The position numbers were made by a program, and so were the translations under genes. The notes under the pieces are model-generated. The model was not told where the DNA came from. It saw only the letters and a program-made list of their open reading frames with translations, and made no database searches. Shown here in pieces: positions 6,816 to 13,755 of a stretch of DNA of 13,755 bases. This stretch comes from Myxococcota bacterium (lineage in GTDB: Bacteria; Myxococcota; SpSt-1050), in assembly GCA_049969675.1 (NCBI GenBank), contig JBMFOP010000079.1, forward strand, positions 1 to 13,755. Reading direction: 5' to 3'. Numbering within the stretch: position 1 is the first letter of the stretch; every line of letters starts with the position of its first letter.

Positions 6816-7289
6816 ATGAAAAGATATCTTTTCTTCTTTGCAATTTCTTTATCTGTTACATTTTTATTCTCTGCAGGGATTAATGTCGGGGCAAATAAAC
6901 CTGATTCGCAAAAGGTTTCGGATATCAGAAGGCTATTGGAACTCACCGGTTCAGGGAATTTGGGGATGCAGGTTATGAAGAATATGATAAATTCCTATAA
7001 GCAGATGATGCCAGATGTCCCTCAGTCCTTCTGGGACAGTTTCATACAGGAGGTAAATGCCGATTCTTTGGTTGAATTGATAATCCCTATATATGATAAA
7101 TATCTGAGTCACGAGGAGGTAAAGGATATAATCAAATTCTATGAGAGCCCGTCTGGAAAAAAACTAATCAAGGTGCTACCTTCCATCACCGAGGAATCTA
7201 TGGAGGCTGGCAGGAACTGGGGGAAGGAGATCAGCAATAAACTCATCAAAAGGCTTCAGGATGAGGCTGAACGAAATAATACAAAGTAG
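6816..7289 (+). CDS. DUF2059 domain secreted protein
   Basis: 157 aa with RBS AAGGAGG and a signal peptide. IYDKYLSHEEVKDIIKFYESPSGKKL...WG is the DUF2059 signature. Confidence 0.88.
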   Translation: MKRYLFFFAISLSVTFLFSAGINVGANKPDSQKVSDIRRLLELTGSGNLGMQVMKNMINSYKQMMPDVPQSFWDSFIQEVNADSLVELIIPIYDKYLSHEEVKDIIKFYESPSGKKLIKVLPSITEESMEAGRNWGKEISNKLIKRLQDEAERNNTK

Positions 7290-7304
7290 GGCTGTGAGGT
7301 GTTT

Positions 7305-9833
7305 ATGAAGAAACTCTTGACCTTCTTTTTCTTTCTCATCCTTTATAGCTGTGATGAGAGATGGAGGAATGTAGATACAAACTCCCCTTTAGATTCCTCC
7401 ACGACAGATACAGGGATTGATTCTGAGCTTGCCCCCGGCTTATATACGATAGAGTTGCACAATGATTTGTTCAATATCAGAAGTGGGGCGTTGTTTCTTG
7501 AAGGGAAGGGGATAAGTGAGGAAGTACCGTCTATGCTTGCCGCAAGAGATGTTGAGATAGCCTATGAGATGATGTACGGATCCTTTAAGCCAGTGGATAG
7601 AAATAAGACAAAGTGGGTCGGGGCAGATAGATTGGAATATGAGAGGCTATCAGAGGAGAGTATATCTGTGGTAATGTACAGGGAAAAGGAAAAATTAGGT
7701 AGACTGATTTTTCAGAGTAAAAGAAGTGATGAGGGGGGATTTTTACAGATAGACTTTTATCAGATTGGTAGATACAACAGATTTTCTATTGCATTCAGGT
7801 GTATGCCAGATGAGCATTTTATAGGATTTGGGGCTCAATCGATAGATGTTGACCATTATGGGAATACTTTATTTGGGTGGGTGCAGGAGCAGGGTATTGG
7901 CAAGATTATGAGTGACAGCTATGATGACCCTTTATGGTATCTATCTGGACGCAAGCATTCATCTCAGATTCCTATACCTCAGATTCTATCGAGCAGGAAT
8001 TATGTGCTTACTGTAATGGACAATATAAGACCGGTGATGTATCTCTGTTCTGAAGATCCTGAGACATTGAGATTGGAGTTTGATGCTGGAACTACGATTT
8101 ATCTCTTTGCAGGCAAATCCCCCAAAGAGGCGCTGAAAATTGCTACATCAGTTACTGGCAGGAGTCGTCTCCCTCCCGATTTTGCATTCTTCCCATGGAT
8201 AGATGCCATCTTTGGGAGTGAGAATGTAAGAAGAATTGCACAGAGATTGCGCGATGAAGATATACCATCCTCGGTGATATGGACAGAGGACTACAAAGGG
8301 GCTGAGTTTAAGGGTGATAGATATGTGTTGAGTGAAAGATGGAATATAGACCGCACTCTTTATCCCGACTTTGAGAGATTATCCGATGATTTGCATAATC
8401 TCGGTTTTAAATTTCTGGTCTACTTTAACTCATTTGTATATCTGGATTCAGATGTCTATTCGGATTTGAATGAGAGAGGTTATCTAATTAGAGATAGAAA
8501 TAATAAGACATATCTCTTTGATGGTGCAAAGGGGAGTAAGTCATCACTTCTGGATCTCTTAAATGAAGATGCTGTAAACTGGCTAAAAGATAAGATGAAT
8601 GATATAATAAAGAAGGGTGCAGATGGCTGGATGGGAGATTTTGCGGAGTGGCTACCAGCAGATTCAATTTTATACGATTCAAAGAATAAGAAGGATGTCT
8701 CAGGTCTACTCGTTCATAATCAATACCCGGTAATCTGGCAGAGAATTCAGAGGGAGGTGATTGATTCACAAAAGGATGGTAAGGATAGACTCTTCTTTGT
8801 AAGGTCTGGCTGGTTTGGGACACCTGCTCTTGCTGATGTAATCTGGGCGGGGGACCAGAGGACATCTTTTGATGAAGATGATGGGATGCCAACCATAATT
8901 CCTATTGGGATTGGACTCGGTATATGCGGTATATCAAATTTTGGCCATGACATTGCTGGGTATCAGTCAGCAACAAATCCACCCTCTGATAAGGAGCTCT
9001 TCTTTAGATGGACAGAGATTGGGGCATTCTCTCCTATTATGAGAACACATCATGGATATATGCCAAAATTGAACTGGTCCTGGGAGAGCGACGAAGAGAC
9101 CATTTCATTCTTCAGACGATATGCGAAGATTCACTCGTCTTTATTTCCATATCTAAAAGGATTGGCACTTGAGGCATCAGAGATCGGTATCCCTGCGATT
9201 CGTTCAATCGCAGTTGAATATCCTTCTGATCAGAATGTATGGACTATTAAAGACCAGTATCTGCTCGGAGAAAAGATTCTGGTAGCGCCCGTAATGAAGA
9301 GGGGCAATAGGGTAAGGAGGGTATATCTCCCTCAGGGCAGATGGGCGACATTTGAACAGAACGGCTTTTATATTGAAGGTGGAAGATATATTACAATCAA
9401 TTCACCGCTGGATTATATTCCAGTCTTTGTCAAAGAGGGAGGTATAATTCCACTGATAAAAGAGGAGATAAAGACCAATGTGGATATTGATAATATTTAC
9501 AGGAGCCAATCCTGGAACCTGCGATATAGAATAATAAAATTGTTTTTGGGAAAGGATGGATATTTTAGAGAAAGTGATAGATTAAGTTATAGATTGAGGA
9601 TGATACAGGAATATTCTGAGAGGAAAGAACTGCATTTTAAAGTTGATGGGAGAGAAATTAATATATGTGGCGAAAGCAGACAAAATTGTTATAAGAAAGA
9701 TGAAGCAGATAGATATATCCTGTATGTCGGATCTTGTGCAGAGGTTGAAATCTATATGGAAGATAAGAAGATAGCCCTTTTTCAGATAGATTCAAAAGAG
9801 GATTTTGAATCAGAGATAAGGGTATTCTATTAG
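7305..9833 (+). CDS. Glycoside hydrolase family 31 lipoprotein (YihQ-like alpha-glycosidase)
   Basis: RBS GAGG at 7296-7299 favours ATG 7305. Signal peptide MKKLLTFFFFLILYS-C. Nucleophile motif GWMGDFAEWLP, acid/base motif WAGDQ, plus GHDIAGY, ELFFRW...FSPIMRTH, QYLLGEKILVAPV, VYLPQGRW and IPVFVKEG. Confidence 0.92.
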   Translation: MKKLLTFFFFLILYSCDERWRNVDTNSPLDSSTTDTGIDSELAPGLYTIELHNDLFNIRSGALFLEGKGISEEVPSMLAARDVEIAYEMMYGSFKPVDRNKTKWVGADRLEYERLSEESISVVMYREKEKLGRLIFQSKRSDEGGFLQIDFYQIGRYNRFSIAFRCMPDEHFIGFGAQSIDVDHYGNTLFGWVQEQGIGKIMSDSYDDPLWYLSGRKHSSQIPIPQILSSRNYVLTVMDNIRPVMYLCSEDPETLRLEFDAGTTIYLFAGKSPKEALKIATSVTGRSRLPPDFAFFPWIDAIFGSENVRRIAQRLRDEDIPSSVIWTEDYKGAEFKGDRYVLSERWNIDRTLYPDFERLSDDLHNLGFKFLVYFNSFVYLDSDVYSDLNERGYLIRDRNNKTYLFDGAKGSKSSLLDLLNEDAVNWLKDKMNDIIKKGADGWMGDFAEWLPADSILYDSKNKKDVSGLLVHNQYPVIWQRIQREVIDSQKDGKDRLFFVRSGWFGTPALADVIWAGDQRTSFDEDDGMPTIIPIGIGLGICGISNFGHDIAGYQSATNPPSDKELFFRWTEIGAFSPIMRTHHGYMPKLNWSWESDEETISFFRRYAKIHSSLFPYLKGLALEASEIGIPAIRSIAVEYPSDQNVWTIKDQYLLGEKILVAPVMKRGNRVRRVYLPQGRWATFEQNGFYIEGGRYITINSPLDYIPVFVKEGGIIPLIKEEIKTNVDIDNIYRSQSWNLRYRIIKLFLGKDGYFRESDRLSYRLRMIQEYSERKELHFKVDGREINICGESRQNCYKKDEADRYILYVGSCAEVEIYMEDKKIALFQIDSKEDFESEIRVFY

Positions 9834-9851
9834 CAGAGAGAATAAAGCGAA

Positions 9852-10832
9852 TTACTTTTTGATGATGACCCTCAGACTCTTTATTACATCGCTTCCATCA
9901 GTCTTGCAACGCGTCTCACCCCTGATACAGGAAATAAAATGTTGATAGGGATTTGTTTCGTAAGGTGGAAGCTTCTGAAGCAATTTTATTGTCTCCTTCT
10001 TCCCCTTCGTAGAGAAGAACTCTACCTTCTGCTCTGGCATCTCTGAGATATATAATATGCCGTTCTCACCATAGATGGTTGTAGTGCATTCACTTCTAAA
10101 AGATGTCCAGGATGCCTCCACAGAGATGACGATATTCTCCTTGGTCTTTGCAATCAATATCCCATTATCCTCTACATCACCTCGTTTTTCTAACTGGGAG
10201 AGCACATTGTATGATTCAATTATATCGTCGTTTGTAAGGAATCGTGCAATATCTACCATATGAATTCCGAGATCCAGTATTGCCCCACCACCTGAACGCT
10301 TCTTATCAAAGAACCAATCTCCTCTGAGTTTATCCGAATCAGGTCCACTGTGTGCGATTCTGAGATTCATTGAATAAATCTTGCCGATGCCACCCTTTAC
10401 TATAAAATCCTTTGCAGTCAAAAAGACTGTTGAGAATCTCTTACTCTGATTTATCATCAGAATCTTCCTGGTCGCCTTTGCAAGCGCCACCATCTTCTTT
10501 GCCCTGCCGAGAGTTATCGCCATCGGCTTCTCTACAAAGACATGATAGCCATGTTTTAAGACCTCTATTGCCTGAACATCGTGCAGATAATTTGGAGTTG
10601 CAATTGCAACCGCATCCAGTGGTACCACATTGAGCATATCCCTCCAGTCTGTATAAGCACCGGAGATCCCGTATTTACCCGCAAGCGCCCTGACCTTCTC
10701 CTGTGTATTCCCACAGATCGCAGATATCTTTACACCAGATATCTTTGAGAAGTTAGGCAGATAATCACTCTGAACAAATGAACCACTTCCAATAATACCT
10801 AATCTGATGATTTTGTTATCTGAAAGGCTCAC
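9852..10832 (-). CDS. Gfo/Idh/MocA family NAD(P)-dependent oxidoreductase
   Basis: GIIGSG Rossmann motif, DAVAIATPN..H, HVFVEKP and GGGAILDLGIH. RBS AGGAGG favours GTG at 10832 over 10838. Confidence 0.92.
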   Translation of the reverse strand: MSLSDNKIIRLGIIGSGSFVQSDYLPNFSKISGVKISAICGNTQEKVRALAGKYGISGAYTDWRDMLNVVPLDAVAIATPNYLHDVQAIEVLKHGYHVFVEKPMAITLGRAKKMVALAKATRKILMINQSKRFSTVFLTAKDFIVKGGIGKIYSMNLRIAHSGPDSDKLRGDWFFDKKRSGGGAILDLGIHMVDIARFLTNDDIIESYNVLSQLEKRGDVEDNGILIAKTKENIVISVEASWTSFRSECTTTIYGENGILYISEMPEQKVEFFSTKGKKETIKLLQKLPPYETNPYQHFISCIRGETRCKTDGSDVIKSLRVIIKK

Positions 10833-10857
10833 AAACACCTCCTGTCTGGGCTATAAT

Positions 10858-10885
10858 ATTATACATATAAATTCAAAAATATCAA
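10858..10885 (-). promoter_or_regulatory. Putative sigma70 promoter for the Gfo/Idh/MocA gene
   Basis: Minus strand TTGATA(10885-10880)-N16-TATAAT(10863-10858), just upstream of the RBS. Confidence 0.5.
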
Positions 10886-10963
10886 GTAATTACTGCAGTC
10901 CATTATTGTCCAAACCTCTCACAGATTAACTATAAATCTCTCTAACAACTAATTCATTTATAA

Positions 10964-10991
10964 TTGACATATCCCAATTTGTATGTATTAA
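10964..10991 (+). promoter_or_regulatory. Putative sigma70 promoter for the first PAP2 gene
   Basis: Perfect TTGACA(10964-10969)-N16-TATTAA(10986-10991), followed by RBS GAGGA at 11003-11007. Confidence 0.45.
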
Positions 10992-11014
10992 GAGTTGCAT
11001 TTGAGGAATTTGTG

Positions 11015-12028
11015 GTGGAGAGTAAGAGAAGTTACAATTTAACAAAGAGATTCAAAGAAATAATAGATAAAATACTATTTTACATTGGTCCAGATTTAAT
11101 ATTCCTCTTCTTACTCATTCTGGTTCTGGTAATATTGAGCATTGTATATGGGAATAGGAAATTCACCCCTGTAAAGAAGTCGGTGATTGTCCCATTTATA
11201 GTCTTTAGTGGGCTTCTATTTGCTGGCTTTATATCAAGGATTAAATTGATTACTTCGGGTAAAAGAGAGAAGTTGAGAGAGGTTCGTGATTTTGTACTGA
11301 ATATGGCAAGGGATTGGTTTCCACTTCTTCTGATTGTGCTTGTATATGAAAATCTACACGACCTAACTGACTTGATTCACCCGTATACACTTGATGGCAA
11401 ATTACGAGAATTGGATAGGATGATATTTGGAGTGGACCCCACACTTTGGCTGGAAAGAATAATAAGTCCAGCTCTAAATGATTATATGACATTTGCATAT
11501 GGGCTCTACTTTCTATATCCTGCAACTATATTGGGAATAGTCTATTCAAAGGGGGATATATTTAAGTTTAGAGAGGTAGCACTCTCATTCGTCATCTGTG
11601 TGGTGGCTGGTTTTATTGGATATGTAACAGTTCCGGCGGTTGGTCCGAGATATTTTATGGCAGATGAGTTTTCAATCTCTCTTACTGGATATCTCACAGA
11701 GGCTGGGGCAAAGGCGTGGAATTCAATAGAGTCAGTTAAAAGAGATTGCTTCCCGAGCCTGCATACTTCGATGAGCACCATCACACTTGTCTATTTTTAC
11801 AGGTTTAGAAAATATTATAGAGGAGGTAAGATTCTATTCTATATAGCCCTCCCGCTTGTTATAAGTCTCTGGTTCTCAACTGTATATTTGAGATATCACT
11901 GGGTGGTGGATGTCTTTGCTGGATGGATACTTGCGCTAATATGTGTGAATCTCTCCCCAGCATTTATCAGGTGGTATTATCGCTGGCACAGCGGGATAGT
12001 TGTTGAGGTCTCTAAAGATTTAAAATAA
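11015..12028 (+). CDS. PAP2-superfamily membrane protein, AUR1/inositol phosphorylceramide synthase-like (PAP2_3), paralog 1
   Basis: Multi-TM protein with motifs GYVTVPAVGPRY, DCFPSLH and STVYLRYHWVVDVFAG (His/His/Asp triad). Start GTG 11015 (or 11012) follows GAGGA; the TTG at 10964 is the -35 box. Confidence 0.88.
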   Translation: MESKRSYNLTKRFKEIIDKILFYIGPDLIFLFLLILVLVILSIVYGNRKFTPVKKSVIVPFIVFSGLLFAGFISRIKLITSGKREKLREVRDFVLNMARDWFPLLLIVLVYENLHDLTDLIHPYTLDGKLRELDRMIFGVDPTLWLERIISPALNDYMTFAYGLYFLYPATILGIVYSKGDIFKFREVALSFVICVVAGFIGYVTVPAVGPRYFMADEFSISLTGYLTEAGAKAWNSIESVKRDCFPSLHTSMSTITLVYFYRFRKYYRGGKILFYIALPLVISLWFSTVYLRYHWVVDVFAGWILALICVNLSPAFIRWYYRWHSGIVVEVSKDLK

Positions 12029-12157
12029 ACGGTTATTATCCCATTTATTTGTTATATGAGTTGTCTATCTTAGAGAAAAATCAATTATACTGTATTTGCC
12101 AATCTATTAACACAATCAAACGAATGTCAATAGTGTCTGATAAATCAATAAATTTAG

Positions 12158-12186
12158 TTGCATATTTCAAAAAGTGTAATTATCTT
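12158..12186 (+). promoter_or_regulatory. Putative sigma70 promoter for the second PAP2 gene and the PPC gene
   Basis: TTGCAT(12158-12163)-N17-TATCTT(12181-12186), with GGAG RBS at 12202-12205. Confidence 0.45.
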
Positions 12187-12212
12187 CTCAACCCTTCTAC
12201 TGGAGTCTTTTT

Positions 12213-13169
12213 GTGAGATTTATTAAGAAAATTTACTCCCTTCCACCCGATTTTCTATTTTTAGGAATCTTTGGAATTGTTCTGGCTTCAATTGTTGTAA
12301 AATTTGGTGGTTCTCTCAAATGGGTGGATGGTTCAATAGTTCTGCCTGCCATCGGAGCATCTATTGTATTTATATGGACTGTGGTCTATAAAGCCATTAA
12401 GAATAAACTCCATTCGGCATACGATATATGGATACTAATTAAGGATTCTGCTATTATTTTGAGGGATTGGTTGCCACTTATACTTATGATACTTGTCTAT
12501 GAAAATCTAAAGGATAAGACAGCATTGATGGAGCATAAGACTATTGAGCGGACCCTTGCAAGAATTGATGCAGCAATATTTGGAGGAGTGCAGCCAACTC
12601 AATGGCTGGAGAGATATACACACCCATTGATAGTTGACCTTATGGCTTTAAATTATGCACTGTATTTTATCCTCCCTCTCTCTGTCTGGTTTACATTGTA
12701 TCTTTTGAAAAATCAGAGGGGATTCTATGAGGTCTCAACTGCTATGATATCCACACTCTATCTCGGATATATTGGGTATGTGATATTTCCAGCGGCACCT
12801 CCCAGATTTACGCTCACTTATGAGGCACCACTGCCGAGCCTATTTTTACACCATTTCTTGCAATCAAATTGGGATAAAGCAGCTGCTGTGATGCTTGGTG
12901 CCTTTCCGAGTCTGCACGTAGGTCTCTCTACAATCTCAATTATCTTTGCCTATAGATATATAAATGTCCTGCCTAAAGGTAGGCTTTTCTTCTGGATTGT
13001 AACACCTTTGACTGTAAATCTCTGGTTTTCAACAGTCTATTTAAGACACCACTGGGTGGTGGATATTTTTGCAGGCTGGTTTGTGGCAATTTGTGGTTCA
13101 ATGATTGCAATTTATGGAGTGAATCTCTGGCTTAAAAAGAGGGAAGATTTTTCAAAGAAGGAGGATTAA
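12213..13169 (+). CDS. PAP2-superfamily membrane protein, AUR1/IPC synthase-like (PAP2_3), paralog 2
   Basis: 318 aa multi-TM protein with motifs GYVIFPAAPPRF, GAFPSLH and STVYLRHHWVVDIFAG. Collinear with paralog 1 (RDW.PL.L..LVYENL, GV.PT.WLER). Confidence 0.88.
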   Translation: MRFIKKIYSLPPDFLFLGIFGIVLASIVVKFGGSLKWVDGSIVLPAIGASIVFIWTVVYKAIKNKLHSAYDIWILIKDSAIILRDWLPLILMILVYENLKDKTALMEHKTIERTLARIDAAIFGGVQPTQWLERYTHPLIVDLMALNYALYFILPLSVWFTLYLLKNQRGFYEVSTAMISTLYLGYIGYVIFPAAPPRFTLTYEAPLPSLFLHHFLQSNWDKAAAVMLGAFPSLHVGLSTISIIFAYRYINVLPKGRLFFWIVTPLTVNLWFSTVYLRHHWVVDIFAGWFVAICGSMIAIYGVNLWLKKREDFSKKED

Positions 13170-13592
13170 ATGCAATATACAAAGAAGGGAAATCTACTTG
13201 TCGTAAGGCTCTTTAAGGATGAGGATGTCCTTGAATCTATCAAGAATGTATTAAAGAAGACAAAATTCAAAAACGGCGTTATTCTATCAGGTATTGGTAT
13301 GCTCAAAGATATTGAGCTCAGAGTCTTTAAAGGCAAAGGGACGTATGCAACAAAGTTGTTCAAAAAGGACTGGGAACTGGTCTCTTTCTCGGGAAATATT
13401 GTTCATTCTGACGATGATTATATCCTTCACATTCACTCTGCCATAGCAGATCATTCTTATAGGTGTTTTGCGGGGCACTTTGGTGGGGCAAAAGTAGCAG
13501 TTACCCTTGAGCTATTCATACTCTCTGTTCCAGTAAAGATGATGAGAAAGACCGAGCCCGATACAGGTCTTACGGGATTGTTTTTAAGATAG
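13170..13592 (+). CDS. PPC/DUF296 domain protein (putative Zn-binding)
   Basis: 140 aa with VVRLFKDEDVLESI, SGIGML, WELVSFSGNI, HIH...FAGH and TLELFI. ATG directly follows the upstream stop, with RBS GGAGG inside the upstream gene. Confidence 0.88.
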   Translation: MQYTKKGNLLVVRLFKDEDVLESIKNVLKKTKFKNGVILSGIGMLKDIELRVFKGKGTYATKLFKKDWELVSFSGNIVHSDDDYILHIHSAIADHSYRCFAGHFGGAKVAVTLELFILSVPVKMMRKTEPDTGLTGLFLR

Positions 13593-13755
13593 ATTTTCAT
13601 CAATATTAAATCAGAGTTCATAATATTCCAATTAATGTGATTGTATCCCAATTCGGCATAGTTGAAACCAAAATCCATAAAATCTTCTTGCATTTTGCGT
13701 AGAAGATACAATTAAAGAATCTATACATCAAATCCGTTATAGTAATATCCCCATC

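Noticed and set aside
7305..9833. Gene symbol yihQ / sulfoglycolysis locus
   Set aside because: The sulfonate-binding segment appears altered, and no SQ isomerase, kinase, aldolase or transporter genes are nearby.
9834..9851. Bidirectional terminator between the convergent GH31 and Gfo/Idh/MocA genes
   Set aside because: The 18-nt gap has no GC-rich hairpin.
1210..13478. Other short alternative-frame ORFs (1210-1410, 1349-1672, 2416-2745, 3225-3509, 4666-4887, 4991-5257, 8488-8892, 8747-8953, 10075-10263, 10412-10633, 11250-11525, 11542-11784, 13166-13363, 13287-13478)
   Set aside because: They overlap better-supported genes or fragments, mostly antisense, and lack RBS or family motifs.
13457..13755. 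Minus-strand ORF 13457-13711 or the end of a gene entering from the right edge
   Set aside because: It overlaps the PPC gene by ~135 nt, has a TTG start without RBS, and has in-frame stops just upstream. It may be a degenerate gene end but cannot be supported from this window.

Overview
AT-rich bacterial chromosomal window. Cys-rich secreted proteins with DAG/DTG linkers suggest a low-GC Myxococcota-like or deltaproteobacterial organism (inference). Left end: the 3' part of an SQR/FCSD-like flavoprotein gene with a 1-nt frameshift in a T6 run, then a DsrE-family gene. Next is a GC-rich patch (~860-1321; about 65% GC over 901-1200 by hand count) carrying the orphan C-terminus of a surface protein that ends in GCSCAVPDI. 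This patch abuts a truncated lipoprotein gene, the last gene of a minus-strand operon (vWA/Cys-rich adhesin, LPG-synthase-TM flippase-like protein, GH4, lipoprotein). The right part encodes a SAM methyltransferase, a DUF2059 protein, a YihQ-like GH31 lipoprotein, a Gfo/Idh/MocA oxidoreductase, two tandem AUR1/IPC-synthase-like PAP2 paralogs and a PPC/DUF296 protein. The most interesting signal is a short C-terminal C-S-C-x(4-5)-stop motif on two separate surface-type proteins. It resembles a MYXO-CTERM sorting signal without the transmembrane helix and Arg tail. No tRNA, rRNA, CRISPR array or transposase was recognised. All family calls come from motif recognition, not database searches.
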